DNA from: an uncultured Anaerolineales bacterium | GTDB taxonomy: Bacteria > Chloroflexota > Anaerolineae > Epilineales > JAANWY01 | Assembly: GCA_964532665.1 (NCBI GenBank) | Contig: CAZHMV010000001.1 | Location: forward strand, 103,742-167,741 | Reading direction: 5' to 3' | DNA length: 64,000 nucleotides | In this document: in pieces, positions 38,185 to 48,436 of the stretch | How the letters are laid out: every line of letters begins with the position of its first letter | How positions within the stretch are numbered: the first letter of the stretch is position 1 | Made by a program: the position numbers and the translations under genes | Notes under the pieces: generated by a model | Database searches by the model: none | What the model saw: the letters and a program-made list of their open reading frames with translations, nothing else | What the model was told of the DNA's origin: nothing

Positions 38185-39258
38185 GTGGAGGAGATGCCAG
38201 ACGAGCGAACGATTGATGATGAGCAGCACGAAGAGCCGATCTGGACTTTCCGGGGCTATGAGTTGTCGGCGAGTGATCTGAACTCGGCGATGGTTCATCT
38301 GTACCGGGGCGAGGTCCAACGGAGTAACACCTGGCGCCGGCGGCTGGATAGCACAACCAATTGGGCCGTGGTCACGACGGCTGCCGCTCTGTCCCTGGCT
38401 TTCGGCGCGCCCAGCAACTCCCACGTAATGATCATCCTGACAACCCTTCTGGTCACTGTGTTTCTGTATATTGAGTCGCGGCGCTATCGTTATTACGAAT
38501 TGTGGACCTCGCGCGTCCGGCTGATGGAGACCGACTTCTTCGCTGCCATGTTGGTTCCCCCCTTTTGCCCCGATGAGGATTGGGCACGCCGGCTGGCCGG
38601 CAGCCTCCTGCGGCCGGAGTTTCCGGTGAGTGAGATGGAAGCCCTGGGCCGGCGTTTCCGCCGCAACTATGCGGTCATCTTCACCATTCTTGCCCTGGCA
38701 TGGTTCGCGAAGATCGCCATTCATCCTGAGCCGGCGTACTCCTTGCAAGACCTCCTCAATCATGCCAGATTGGGCCCGCTCCCGGGCTGGCTGATAATGG
38801 GAGCCGGGGGGGTATTCTACGTTGCCATTTTTGCAATCGGTTGGCTCACTGTGGAGATGCATGAAGCGCCGGGCGAGGTACTACCCCGCTATCCGTCACC
38901 GCTGGGGCCAGGGCGGTTAATTAACAATATCGCTGAGAAGGCGCAGGAACTCATCCCCGGGACGCTGCATCGTGTGCCGCGCCGCCAGCAATTGGCCTAC
39001 ATCATCACCGACAAAAGCCAGCGCCTGGCCGAGCGACTGATGCATGAGCTGGCGCGCGGGGTGACAGCTCTGGCCGGCACCGGGATGTACACAGGCAAAC
39101 AGCACACAGTCTTGCTGTGCGCGGTCACGCCCACCCAGGTCGCACAGCTCAAGAACATCGTCCGCGAAACGGACCCAGACGCCTTTGTGATCATCACGTC
39201 AGCCTTCGAGGTGATGGGACGAGGGTTCAAGCCAATCAAGAAGGAGTCGAAAAGTTGA
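38185..39258 (+). CDS. Membrane protein with N-terminal DUF2270-like TM domain and C-terminal DUF2179 (YitT-type) domain
   Basis: C-terminus YIITDKSQRLAERLMHELARGVTALAGTGMYTGKQHTVLLCAVT...DPDAFVIITSAFEVMGRGF matches the DUF2179 signature. Confidence 0.55.
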   Translation: MEEMPDERTIDDEQHEEPIWTFRGYELSASDLNSAMVHLYRGEVQRSNTWRRRLDSTTNWAVVTTAAALSLAFGAPSNSHVMIILTTLLVTVFLYIESRRYRYYELWTSRVRLMETDFFAAMLVPPFCPDEDWARRLAGSLLRPEFPVSEMEALGRRFRRNYAVIFTILALAWFAKIAIHPEPAYSLQDLLNHARLGPLPGWLIMGAGGVFYVAIFAIGWLTVEMHEAPGEVLPRYPSPLGPGRLINNIAEKAQELIPGTLHRVPRRQQLAYIITDKSQRLAERLMHELARGVTALAGTGMYTGKQHTVLLCAVTPTQVAQLKNIVRETDPDAFVIITSAFEVMGRGFKPIKKESKS

Positions 39259-39296
39259 AAGTTGGCAGGTCGAAGATTTCACGTTAACCTTCAACC

Positions 39297-39659
39297 CTAA
39301 CCGCTGCCGACAACGAAAGCGATGGCATGGCCGCCCTCGTGGGCCAGGCTGACGGCCAGTTCGGCGACGCCAAGGGCCTGGGCCAACTGCGAAGCAGCGC
39401 CGTGGAGGCGGATGTGGGGCTTGCCGCGGTCGTCGCACCAGACTTCAATCTCCCGCCATCGCACATCCCCGACGCCGGTGCCCAGAGCCTTGGCCACAGC
39501 CTCTTTCGCCGCCCAGCGAGCCGCCAGGGCTTCGGCGCGGCCGGCACAGTAGTCGCGCTCATCCTCGGTGAAGACCCGTTCGAGAAAGCGGGTGCCATGG
39601 CGAGCGAGCGCGCTCTCGATCCGCCTGACCTCAACCAGATCGACACCTGCGATCAACAT
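39297..39659 (-). CDS. acpS: Holo-[acyl-carrier-protein] synthase
   Basis: MLIAGVDLVEVRRIE and a conserved ACPS fold of about 120 aa. Confidence 0.8.
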   Translation of the reverse strand: MLIAGVDLVEVRRIESALARHGTRFLERVFTEDERDYCAGRAEALAARWAAKEAVAKALGTGVGDVRWREIEVWCDDRGKPHIRLHGAASQLAQALGVAELAVSLAHEGGHAIAFVVGSG

Positions 39660-39711
39660 GTCGCTGCCAAACAGTGTCTTTGCGTAGACACAAGGAGTAA
39701 CTACCTCGATC

Positions 39712-39810
39712 TAGACGTAAGACGCAAGACGTGAAACGCGAAACGCGAAACGTGAACATCCTGGACAGTTCATCCCGTTTCGCGCTTCCCGTTTCACGTT
39801 TCGCGCATCG
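39712..39810. repeat. Heptamer-periodic hairpin element (GACGTAA/GACGCAA/AACGCGA); supplies the last codons of the M16 gene
   Basis: gacgtaagacgcaagacgtgaaacgcgaaacgcgaaacgtgaa ... cgtttcgcgcttcccgtttcacgtttcgcg. Confidence 0.8.
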
Positions 39811-41119
39811 GTGGGCCGGCGATGGCCAGTGCGTAGGCGTCCCTCGGGAAGACGCGCCGCGCCGCCTGCTGGACCTGTTCGATGGTGACAGAGTTGATCA
39901 GATCCGGGTAGCGCTGCAGGTAGTCCGGCCCCAGACCAAATAGCTCCATGTCGAGCAAAGTGCCGGCCACCCCTTCGTTCGTTTCCAGGCCCAACGGCAG
40001 GGAACCAGTCAGGTACGATTTCGCATCGTCGATTTCTTGCTCCGACACAGGTTCATCCTGGATGCGGTGGATTTCGGCCAGGATCGTGTCGGTGGCGCGC
40101 TCCACATTGACCGGGTTGACCCCCGTGACGACCCGCCAGGGACCGCGTCCCAGGTGCGCCGACAGTTGGCTGTAGACATAGTAGGCCATTCCCTGCTCGT
40201 CACGCACCTTGTCTCCCAGCCGGCCCCCGATGCCAAAGGTCCCCAGAATCGTGTTGGCCAACCTGGCGCTGTAGTAGTCGGGGTCATCGCGTGCAATGCC
40301 AGGCACTCCCAGGATGATGTCTGCCTGGAGCTTGTCGGGCATTTCGCGCACTTCGCGGCGGACCTCCGTCAGTTGAGTGTCACCGGACGAGTAGCGGACG
40401 TCGGGAATATCCTGTGGGGGACGGGGATCTGCCGGCTGCCAATCCCCCAGGACCTTCTCCACTTTCGAGATGGCATCTTCGGGATCGACGGCGCCAGCCA
40501 CGGCGATGATCGCATCGGTCGGGCGGTAATAGCGGTGGTAAAACTCGGCCAGGTCGTCCCGCGCGATAGTGCCAACTGTCTCAACATATCCATCACTGCT
40601 CCGGCCGTAAGGATGCCCGTCCGGGTACGCGAGTTTGAGGAACGCCAGGTTGGCAACCCCGCGCGTGTCGTTGTCACGTTCCTGCAGTGCGGTGACTAAC
40701 TGCCCACGCACTTTCTCGGTTTCCTCCTCCGGGAAAATGGGATTTCGCAGCACATCGGCCAGAATCCCAAGCACATGGTCCAGGTCTTCGGCCAGGCACT
40801 TGACCCCGAAGGAGGTGACGTGCAGGCCGCCACCTACGCCGAGGCTGGCTCCGATCGACTCGATGGCCTCGCTGATTTCATCGAAGGTACGGTTCTGCGT
40901 TCCGTGATCCAGCATGTCGGCGACGAAGCTGGCCAGGCCGGCCTGCTTCGGTGGATCATCCACGCTGCCAACGCGCAGGTGTCCTCGCAGCACGACCGAT
41001 GGGCTGAGGAAGTTGTCACGGGCCAGCACGGTGATGCCGTTGTCGAGCGTTCGACGCGTGATAGACTCTGGCGTGGGGAGAGAGAGTTCTGGGTTGGTTT
41101 GTTCTGTTCGGATATTCAT
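39794..41119 (-). CDS. M16-family peptidase, non-catalytic-type subunit (no HxxEH motif)
   Basis: Insulinase-like fold. It pairs with the upstream M16 gene that carries HWVEH. Confidence 0.75.
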   Translation of the reverse strand: MNIRTEQTNPELSLPTPESITRRTLDNGITVLARDNFLSPSVVLRGHLRVGSVDDPPKQAGLASFVADMLDHGTQNRTFDEISEAIESIGASLGVGGGLHVTSFGVKCLAEDLDHVLGILADVLRNPIFPEEETEKVRGQLVTALQERDNDTRGVANLAFLKLAYPDGHPYGRSSDGYVETVGTIARDDLAEFYHRYYRPTDAIIAVAGAVDPEDAISKVEKVLGDWQPADPRPPQDIPDVRYSSGDTQLTEVRREVREMPDKLQADIILGVPGIARDDPDYYSARLANTILGTFGIGGRLGDKVRDEQGMAYYVYSQLSAHLGRGPWRVVTGVNPVNVERATDTILAEIHRIQDEPVSEQEIDDAKSYLTGSLPLGLETNEGVAGTLLDMELFGLGPDYLQRYPDLINSVTIEQVQQAARRVFPRDAYALAIAGPPMRET

Positions 41120-41167
41120 TTCATAGAGTTCCTTAGACAGACGTTGTGTACTGGCGCGGGAAGTTAG

Positions 41168-41240
41168 ATTCTTACGTCTTGCGTCTTACGTACTGCGTAA
41201 GCGCTGTCTTTACGCAAGACGTAAGACGCAAGACGCAATA
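41168..41240. repeat. Heptamer-periodic hairpin element (CTTACGT/CTTGCGT family) between the two M16 genes
   Basis: cttacgtcttgcgtcttacgtactgcgtaagcg...tacgcaagacgtaagacgcaagacgcaatac. Confidence 0.8.
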
Positions 41241-41241
41241 C

Positions 41242-42519
41242 TCACACCGGCACATACCACCCAACTGTACGGTTCCTCTCCACCAGGTACGTCTGCGACA
41301 CACGCTGAACATCCTCAGCCGTGACTGCGGCCAGCCGGCCCAGGTAGGCATCGAGCCAGGTGTGGTCGGCGATGATGGATGAGAACCCGAGCCAGTATCC
41401 CTGGTTGGTAACGCTTTCACTGGAATAGGCGAACTGGGCCTTGGCCTGCTTGATGGCTTTGGTCAATTCCTCCTCGGTGACGGGCTCGTCTTTGACGCGC
41501 TCGATCTCGTGCCACAGGGCGTCTTCCACTTCCTGTGGGGAGCGGCCGGCCCGAACCGTCGCCGAGAAGGAGAACAGATAAGGATCCACGGTCGCGAAAA
41601 CGTTGCTGCCAACCGCCGACGCGAGTTTCGTCTTCACGAGAGCCTGGTAGAGACGTGACGTCCGATTCGTTGTGCCACCACCGCCGAAGAAGGCCATGGC
41701 CTGGGAGCCACCCAAGATGCTGTCCAACACCAGCAGTGGGAAGAAATCTGGATGGTCGGCTGCCGGCACGTGGAACACCGCCTGTATGTATGCCGTCCGT
41801 CCCTCGCCACGAACTGTCACCCGACGCTCGCCGCGCTGTGGGGGTTCTACAAACGTGACCAGCGGCACTTCGGGGCCTTCTGGGATGCCCTCGAACAGCT
41901 CTCGAACCCGATCCAGCAGCGCCTCGGTCTCGAAGTCCCCAACAGCGACGGCAATCGCATTGTTGGGCGTGTAGTAGGTGCGGTAGTGCTTCCACAAATC
42001 GTCGCGCGTCATGGACTCCAGGTCGCACTGCCACCCGATGACCTCGTGATGATACGGATGAACCTTGAACGCGGCCGCCTGAACCTCCTCGCTCAGCAGA
42101 AACGTGGGCTGGTTCTCATGCATCTGGCGCTCCGAGATGATGACGGTGCGCTCAGCATCGGCCTCTTCGGGGTCGAAGACGGAATTGATCATGCGATCAG
42201 ATTCGAGGCGCAACGCCAGGTCGAAACGGTCAGCCGGCAAGGTCTCGAAATACGTGGTAAAGTCCACCCACGTCATGCCGTTCATGATACCTCCGTTGCG
42301 CGCGATCTGGCGATCGATTTCGCCCTTCGGGAACTGAGGCGTATCTTTGAAGAGCATGTGCTCCACCCAGTGAGAGACACCCGTCACACCCAGAGTTTCG
42401 TTCCGACTGCCGACGCGATAGAATACCCAGAAGCTGGCAACGGGCGCGCGGTGGATTTCCTTTGTCAAGACGGTCAGGTGGTTATCCAACACCGTCATGC
42501 GGATGTTATTCTCCATCAA
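41242..42519 (-). CDS. M16-family zinc peptidase (active-type, HWVEH zinc-binding motif)
   Basis: HxxEH inverted zincin motif at [12 protein letters not shown] 4-bp overlap with the ugd stop. Confidence 0.8.
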   Translation of the reverse strand: MMENNIRMTVLDNHLTVLTKEIHRAPVASFWVFYRVGSRNETLGVTGVSHWVEHMLFKDTPQFPKGEIDRQIARNGGIMNGMTWVDFTTYFETLPADRFDLALRLESDRMINSVFDPEEADAERTVIISERQMHENQPTFLLSEEVQAAAFKVHPYHHEVIGWQCDLESMTRDDLWKHYRTYYTPNNAIAVAVGDFETEALLDRVRELFEGIPEGPEVPLVTFVEPPQRGERRVTVRGEGRTAYIQAVFHVPAADHPDFFPLLVLDSILGGSQAMAFFGGGGTTNRTSRLYQALVKTKLASAVGSNVFATVDPYLFSFSATVRAGRSPQEVEDALWHEIERVKDEPVTEEELTKAIKQAKAQFAYSSESVTNQGYWLGFSSIIADHTWLDAYLGRLAAVTAEDVQRVSQTYLVERNRTVGWYVPV

Positions 42520-43895
42520 ACCGGCTCCTCAACTTCCAACACGGTCTTTTCAAACCTGATCAACGTATCTCTTCCCCATTCCGTGCGACCGGTGCCGTTG
42601 TAGCCACGGCCCATGCCCTGGTACACGAAGCCCAACTCCGCCATTTTGTCGGGTTCGTAGATGTTCCGGCCATCGATGATCACAGGCCGGCGCATCAAGT
42701 CGCGGACGCGGCCCAGGTCGAGCTGCTTGAACTCGTTCCACTCCGTGGCGATTACCAGGGCATCGCTGCCTTCCGCGACACGGTAGGCATCTTCACACAG
42801 TTCGACCTGCTCGAGCTGCCGGCGCGCGTTCTCCATCGCTACCGGATCATACGCCTTGATCTGCACACCCTCGTTTTGCAGCATGTGGATGATCTCGACC
42901 GCAGGTGACTCACGCATATCATCGGTGTTGGGCTTGAAAGACAACCCCAGTATCCCGATGCTTGTGTCATCGAGCCGGCCCAGGATGTTGCGCAGCTTGC
43001 GAATTACCTGCCGGCGGCGGTCGCGGTTGATCTCGATGACGGCTCGCAGCAGTTGGGGGTGCGTGCCATGGATGGCCGCCATGTGGGCCAGGGCTTTGAC
43101 GTCCTTGGGAAAACAGCTTCCCCCCCACCCTATGCCGGCGTCCAGGTAGGCATGCCCGATGCGCTTGTCGTACCCCATGCCGGCAGCAACCTCCTTGATA
43201 TCGGCTCCTAGTTGCTCGCACACCGACGCGATCTCGTTGATGAACGAGAGACGTGTCGCAAGAAAGGCGTTGGAAGCATATTTGATCATCTCGGCGGTGC
43301 GCAGGTCGGTGATGATGATCGGCGCTCGCAGAGGCAGGTAGAGCTGGGCCACCGATTCGGCGTGGTCCCGGTCGATCGCGCCCAGCACCACGCGGTCGGG
43401 ATTCAGGAAATCGGTGACCGCCGAGCCTTCCCGGGTGAACTCGGGGTTGGAAACGACCGCGAACTTCACCGGCTCCTTCAGATGCCGCCGGACCACGTTC
43501 GCCACAACGTCGCCGGTGCCAATGGGCACCGTGCTGCGATTTACGATGACCACCGGATGATCCAACACCTGGCCGATCCCGCGAGCAACGTCCCGCACAT
43601 AGTGCAGATCGGCTTCTCCCTCAGCGCCCGACGGGGTATCGACGCAAATGAAGATGAACTCGCTGTTGTGGACACCTTCCTCGTACGAAAGAGTGAAGCG
43701 CAGCCGGCCCTGTCCGACGTTTCGGCGAACCATCTCCTCCAGCCCGGGCTCGTAGATGGGCATGACGCCGCGCTGGAGCTTGGCAATCTTGGATTCGTCG
43801 ATGTCGATGCAAGTCACGTTGTTGCCCAGGTCGGCGAAACAGGTGCCGGTCACCAGACCGACGTAGCCGGTACCAATGACGCAGATGTTTTTCAT
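42516..43895 (-). CDS. ugd: UDP-glucose 6-dehydrogenase
   Basis: N-terminal Rossmann fold GTGYVGL and a catalytic GGSCFPKD motif. Confidence 0.85.
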   Translation of the reverse strand: MKNICVIGTGYVGLVTGTCFADLGNNVTCIDIDESKIAKLQRGVMPIYEPGLEEMVRRNVGQGRLRFTLSYEEGVHNSEFIFICVDTPSGAEGEADLHYVRDVARGIGQVLDHPVVIVNRSTVPIGTGDVVANVVRRHLKEPVKFAVVSNPEFTREGSAVTDFLNPDRVVLGAIDRDHAESVAQLYLPLRAPIIITDLRTAEMIKYASNAFLATRLSFINEIASVCEQLGADIKEVAAGMGYDKRIGHAYLDAGIGWGGSCFPKDVKALAHMAAIHGTHPQLLRAVIEINRDRRRQVIRKLRNILGRLDDTSIGILGLSFKPNTDDMRESPAVEIIHMLQNEGVQIKAYDPVAMENARRQLEQVELCEDAYRVAEGSDALVIATEWNEFKQLDLGRVRDLMRRPVIIDGRNIYEPDKMAELGFVYQGMGRGYNGTGRTEWGRDTLIRFEKTVLEVEEPV

Positions 43896-43948
43896 GAATG
43901 TGTTCTCCTTGTGGGTAATTGATGTTTAGCGATAGGAGGACAGGAAAA

Positions 43949-44016
43949 CGATTGCGTATTGCGTATTGGGTAGAGAGTCGGCCAGGAAACACCTTGTACG
44001 CAGTACGCAGTACAAG
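43949..44016. repeat. Heptamer-periodic hairpin element (GCGTATT / GTACGCA arms; G-U-pairing hairpin)
   Basis: attgcgtattgcgtattggg...cttgtacgcagtacgcagtacaag. Confidence 0.65.
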
Positions 44017-44044
44017 CTTATCTTACCACACAAACGAATTGTCC

Positions 44045-45382
44045 TCAACCTATCGAGATGGCAACACCGTTGCTCTCCCGGGCGCCGGCCATGACCCTTT
44101 GGGCAATCCGCTGCCCGATCTCCACGGCGTAGTTGGTGCCCCGGTCCCAGGGGTACACCTGGCTCATGCTGGCAAAGTACAGGCCAGGGACCGGCGTCTC
44201 CAGCGGTGGGATGTGTTGCGAGTAGTTCACCGGCACCACCGGCTGGGCGTAGGCAGCTTTGAAAAGCCACTTCTGTTTGACCCAGGACGGGTCGAAGGTC
44301 GGGTTGATGCGCGAGAGGGCCGGCTGAAATACCTCGAAAAGCTCGTCCTCGTCCATGGAGAAATAGGGATGGGTCGGCGGCAGGTAATCGCCCAGGTATG
44401 CCAGGTGGTCGCCCCCATAATGCTCCGGGTCAATGAAGTTCGTGTGCTCCACAAAGGCCAGAAATGGAAACACACGCTTGTCCAGATTGATCCAGTACAT
44501 GCCATCGGTAATATGCCGATCAAAGGCGATGACCATGACCACAGCCCCCAGGGCATTCAGGTTGCGCAACGACACCAGATAGTCCGATGGCAAGCCGGGT
44601 ACCATGCGCATAAGCAGCGCCGGCGACACGGTACTGATCACGGCATCGAAGGCTTCGTCAACGCCCTCCCCCCTGACACGTAGCCGCCCTTCCGTCAGGA
44701 GAGTAACAGACTGCACCGGCGTGGAGACCAATATCTCACCTCCCAGCCGACGGACCCGATCTGCCAGGGCATCCACAAAAGCCTGAAACCCGCCTTCAAA
44801 GTAGCCCAGCTTGAACGTGCGGGCCCTGAAGCGTGCCCACAGCCAGGCAGCGTTCACCTCGTTGGCAAAGGGGCCGAACTTCCCTTCAAGCAATGGCTGG
44901 ATGCCGTTGCGATAAGCCGTTTCCCCCATCCAGCGCCGCGACCATTCAGCAGCAGTGGTCTGCTCCAGTTCGCCCCAGTTGGTGGTCCCGTATTTCAGGT
45001 AGGCCATTGCAGCGCCGTACCGAACACGGGCCAGGAACGGCATTGCCGGAAAGCGCAGCACATTCCGTGTCGCCTCGATGGGGTTGGCCCCATCCAGGGG
45101 AAAGATCTGCCCATTGTACCATTGCGCCGTGATAGGATTGCGAAAGAAGAGCCTGTCGCCAAAACCGATCTCATCCACCAGCTTGCGGATAGCACGATCA
45201 GTCTGGAACAAGTGATGGTAGAAGCGCTCCAGATGCCAGCCCCATCCTTCGGCGCGGAACCCCGAGGCAAGCCCACCTACTCCGGGCGCTGCCTCAAACA
45301 GGATGGCGTCATGGCCAGCCCTGGTCAACTCATAGCCGGCGGTGAGACCTGTCACGCCGGCGCCGATGATACCAACTTTCAA
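44045..45382 (-). CDS. FAD-dependent oxidoreductase (amine oxidase / phytoene desaturase-like family)
   Basis: N-terminal dinucleotide-binding motif IIGAGVTGLTAGYEL...EAAPGVGG. Confidence 0.7.
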   Translation of the reverse strand: MKVGIIGAGVTGLTAGYELTRAGHDAILFEAAPGVGGLASGFRAEGWGWHLERFYHHLFQTDRAIRKLVDEIGFGDRLFFRNPITAQWYNGQIFPLDGANPIEATRNVLRFPAMPFLARVRYGAAMAYLKYGTTNWGELEQTTAAEWSRRWMGETAYRNGIQPLLEGKFGPFANEVNAAWLWARFRARTFKLGYFEGGFQAFVDALADRVRRLGGEILVSTPVQSVTLLTEGRLRVRGEGVDEAFDAVISTVSPALLMRMVPGLPSDYLVSLRNLNALGAVVMVIAFDRHITDGMYWINLDKRVFPFLAFVEHTNFIDPEHYGGDHLAYLGDYLPPTHPYFSMDEDELFEVFQPALSRINPTFDPSWVKQKWLFKAAYAQPVVPVNYSQHIPPLETPVPGLYFASMSQVYPWDRGTNYAVEIGQRIAQRVMAGARESNGVAISIG

Positions 45383-45417
45383 AGATCACTCCACCTTCGA
45401 TAACAAAGACCAGACAA

Positions 45418-45486
45418 CGGGATGCGGGATGTGAGATACGGGATACGAGATACGGGATGCCGCATCCCGCATCTCGCGTCACGTCC
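45418..45486. repeat. Heptamer-periodic hairpin element (GGGATRY family); overlaps the last codons of the downstream gene
   Basis: gggatgcgggatgtgagatacgggatacgagatacgggatgccgcatcccgcatctcgcgtcacgtccc. Confidence 0.75.
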
Positions 45487-46507
45487 CACTCGTCATGCCC
45501 AACGGCGCTTCCTCGACAGGTGATTCTATTTCCACTTCCGTCCTTACCTCCTCCCACGACAGATGCTCGCGCCAGAGATAGAAAGCACCCAGAGCGGTGA
45601 TGGGCAGCCAAAGGGCTGCGTGGAGCACGGCAGTGTACGCTGTGGCTACGCTGCCGGCCACGCCAAAGTTCTCCAGAATCTCAATCCCCGGGGCATCGAA
45701 CGTACCGATGTAGCCAGGGGCCGCCGGCAGTGTGGTGAACAGGTTGACCACGCCGTTCATCAGCATCAGCACGTAGAAATCGACATGAAACGGGAACGCG
45801 TGCATCACGAACCAGTACTTGCCCGTCTCAAACAGCCAGATGACGACAGACGTGATGAAAATCATCATCACGTCTCGCCCTCTGCGCAGCGAATGCAGCC
45901 CTTCCAGGAAGAGGTCAAGGGGTTCTCGCACACGCGGTTGCAATCTTTCGGGCAGCAGGCGTTCGATGAGCCGGCCGTAGATGGCTTGGGCGCGCTCCGG
46001 CATGGCTGCCAGCAACAGAAAGACGACCAACGCCCCGATGAACAGCAGGCTGAACAGAACAACGAAGGTGCTGTAGCGCGACCCCAGGCCGGCAATCGGC
46101 AGAGTGATGAACACGAACAGCAGCATCGTGAGTCCGTCGAACAGCCGCTCCACGACCACCGTCGCCAGCGTGGCACTGATGGGAACGCCGGTTCGTCTTT
46201 TGAGCGCGTATGAGCGCAGGAGTTCGCCGGCTCGAGCCGGGTAGATGTTGTTACCCATATAGCCGATGCAGACGAAGGGAAACAACTGCTGCAGGGAGAT
46301 GACCTTCAAGGGACGGAGCATATAGTGCCAGCGCCAGGTGCGCGCCCCCACGCCCAGGAAATACACGGCGACACCCGGCAATAGCCAGAAGTATTGCGCG
46401 TTTTGTAACGCATGCCACACTTCGGGAAGGTCCTGCTTGCGCAGTACAAACGCCAGAAGAATGGCGCTGATAAGCATTCCCAACCAGAATCGCCAGCGTT
46501 TCCGCAT
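45479..46507 (-). CDS. LPG_synthase_TM / UPF0104-family integral membrane protein (flippase-like domain)
   Basis: Eight predicted TM helices with a GVGARTWRWHYMLR-type motif, followed by a cytoplasmic tail. Confidence 0.6.
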   Translation of the reverse strand: MRKRWRFWLGMLISAILLAFVLRKQDLPEVWHALQNAQYFWLLPGVAVYFLGVGARTWRWHYMLRPLKVISLQQLFPFVCIGYMGNNIYPARAGELLRSYALKRRTGVPISATLATVVVERLFDGLTMLLFVFITLPIAGLGSRYSTFVVLFSLLFIGALVVFLLLAAMPERAQAIYGRLIERLLPERLQPRVREPLDLFLEGLHSLRRGRDVMMIFITSVVIWLFETGKYWFVMHAFPFHVDFYVLMLMNGVVNLFTTLPAAPGYIGTFDAPGIEILENFGVAGSVATAYTAVLHAALWLPITALGAFYLWREHLSWEEVRTEVEIESPVEEAPLGMTSGT

Positions 46508-46586
46508 GCCTGCTCACTTTCCCGAATCCGTAACTACGTTAACCATAGGAGCGTGCACACGCGGCACGCCCCTGAGTCAACGCGGA

Positions 46587-46615
46587 ATTATACACGAGAG
46601 TGCTGGGAGAAACAA
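46587..46615 (-). promoter_or_regulatory. Candidate promoter (TTGTTT-17-TATAAT) for the LPG_synthase_TM-family gene
   Basis: Minus-strand -10 TATAAT (plus-strand 46587-46592) preceded by GTG, with a -35 TTGTTT. Confidence 0.4.
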
Positions 46616-46715
46616 AGGAAGGAATGGAAGTGTGGAAGAGGGAGAATGGAAGATGGACAATGGAAAGGGGAAGATGGAGGTTGACCTCCATCTTCCCCTT
46701 TCCGTTGTCCATCTT
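46612..46715. repeat. Heptamer-periodic repeat (GGAATGG/AAGATGG...) forming a roughly 32-bp near-perfect hairpin abutting the SWIM gene stop
   Basis: gaagatggacaatggaaaggggaagatggagg-ttgacc-tccatcttcccctttccgttgtccatcttc. Confidence 0.8.
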
Positions 46716-46973
46716 CTAGTTGGCGCTTGTTTCAGCCATCCACTCAGGACGAAGCATGCCGTTCAAGACCCGCTCCATGGTCATGGTGTGGCTGCACACA
46801 CCGCGCGTCAGGAAGAAATCGCAATCGCAATTCCAGTGGCCCTCGTTGTATGAAACTGCATGTGAGTTGTGGTCGCCAGCAATTGTAACTCTGAACTCAC
46901 TGAAAACGATCCGGTCTGTTTCTTGCGCGTATTGCTTCGCCTTCTGGATCTTGCCGATCATCGCCGAATCCAT
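46716..46973 (-). CDS. Small SWIM zinc-finger protein (85 aa)
   Basis: CxC-x11-CxH pattern (HWNCDCDFFLTRGVCSH). A GAAGGAGG RBS precedes the ATG. Confidence 0.5.
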   Translation of the reverse strand: MDSAMIGKIQKAKQYAQETDRIVFSEFRVTIAGDHNSHAVSYNEGHWNCDCDFFLTRGVCSHTMTMERVLNGMLRPEWMAETSAN

Positions 46974-47026
46974 TTCTAAGAACCTCCTTCTTCTTGATGA
47001 GAGGGAAACCTGGTGAGTTAGGAAAC

Positions 47027-47062
47027 AAAAAGCACGCAGGCAGACACCTACCTACGTGCTTC
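47027..47062 (-). terminator. Rho-independent terminator (stem AAGCACG/CGTGCTT followed by a TTTTTGTTT tract)
   Basis: Minus strand. It is downstream of the PGI/PMI gene and lies inside the leader of the SWIM gene. Confidence 0.6.
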
Positions 47063-47150
47063 TCCAGACGCTTACTCGCGTTGCTCTTCGGCTCATTGGA
47101 GTTACTTGGGTCCTCCTTGCGGCCACGTCGCCGCTAAGTTCTTCATGTCA

Positions 47151-47179
47151 AGTATAACCGTTTCGATTCGCGATGTCAA
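47151..47179 (-). promoter_or_regulatory. Near-consensus sigma70 promoter TTGACA-17-TATACT firing toward the terminator and SWIM gene
   Basis: -35 at 47179..47174 and -10 at 47156..47151 (minus strand). GC-poor local context. Confidence 0.5.
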
Positions 47180-47211
47180 ATCTATGTCCCCAGGAAACGA
47201 GGTAATTTGCC

Positions 47212-48291
47212 TTAAAATCCTGAGTTCGTAGGAATATCGTTCGAAAGTCGCTCTTTCAAGTAGTCGATGGCAGGGATAGGGGTCGGGTCCACCTGGTTGA
47301 GAGCGGCCAGGTAGTAGCTCACGTAGTCCGCGTAGTGCAGCGCTGACAACATTTGAGCTGTCGGGCTCTCGCCCCACGAAGTGATCACGGCGTGGTCGAT
47401 GCCGGCCTGTTCCAGCATCTCGGCAGTGATGTCGAATCGTGTCGCAATCCGGGGGTCATCGAGGGACGAGCGTAACATGACGACAAACGCCGTGCCGCCA
47501 AGGTGCGCCGGGTGCTGGTAGCCCAGGACGGTGTTGTGGTTCAGCTCCGGCAGCTCGTCGAAGGCGGCCCAGGTCTTGGCGTTCTCGTTGAACTGGCCCT
47601 TCCAACGCCGGGCCACGGGGGCCAGAAGGCCGGCCCCGTAGATCGTCGGGACCTTGTCGTAGAGCCGGCGTGCCAGGTCCTTGGCCGGATTGCGAGCCGC
47701 CGGCACCTGTGGCCCGATGAGGCGTTGGAGCCGCAGCATCACGTCGATGGCTTCCGCCACCTCATCGCCTTTGTCCGCCAGCAACCCGAACCGAACCAGC
47801 AAGCCCAGCAGGAGCGTGAAGGAGTGGCCAACGGCCGCACGTGGTGGCGCATCGTAACTAAACAGCACGTGCAGAAAGCCCCGTTCCTGCGCGATTTCGG
47901 CCAGCCGGCCACCGGTCGTCACGGCCACCGTTCTGGCCTCGAAGCTCAGCGCTTCGCCGAGGGCTGACAGCGTCTCCTCGGTGTTGCCGGAGAAACTGGA
48001 AATGATAACGAGGGTATTTTCGTTTACATAGGCCGGCAGGTGATAGTCCCGGTTGACCGCGATAGGCACGGGGCACTCAGGTTCCGCCAGGGCCTGCACC
48101 AGCGACCCACCGATAGCCGACCCTCCCATGCCGGCGATGATCACGTTGTGGGTCTCGTGAGGAGTGAGTGGCGTCAAGGCCTGGATGGTATCCCACGCAT
48201 CCTGGACCTGGGTCGGCAGTTCGCTGATACGATCCAGCATGTTTGCCGGATCATTAGCACGCAGAGCATCAAGATCGTCTAAGTCAATCAT
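47212..48291 (-). CDS. Bifunctional phosphoglucose/phosphomannose isomerase (SIS-domain PGI/PMI family)
   Basis: SIS motifs NVIIAGMGGSAIGG and SFSGNTEET. Confidence 0.8.
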   Translation of the reverse strand: MIDLDDLDALRANDPANMLDRISELPTQVQDAWDTIQALTPLTPHETHNVIIAGMGGSAIGGSLVQALAEPECPVPIAVNRDYHLPAYVNENTLVIISSFSGNTEETLSALGEALSFEARTVAVTTGGRLAEIAQERGFLHVLFSYDAPPRAAVGHSFTLLLGLLVRFGLLADKGDEVAEAIDVMLRLQRLIGPQVPAARNPAKDLARRLYDKVPTIYGAGLLAPVARRWKGQFNENAKTWAAFDELPELNHNTVLGYQHPAHLGGTAFVVMLRSSLDDPRIATRFDITAEMLEQAGIDHAVITSWGESPTAQMLSALHYADYVSYYLAALNQVDPTPIPAIDYLKERLSNDIPTNSGF

Positions 48292-48436
48292 AGTACCGCT
48301 ATTCTAGCAGACTCTTCCACATAAATCAATCGAGTGGCCAAAATCAATCAATCGCCCGTCGCTGGCGACGTGGCGTGCCTCATTCGGTTGGGCGGCCTGG
48401 CAAGCGCTCAGCGGGGTGGATGCCCTGCGAGGGCAT

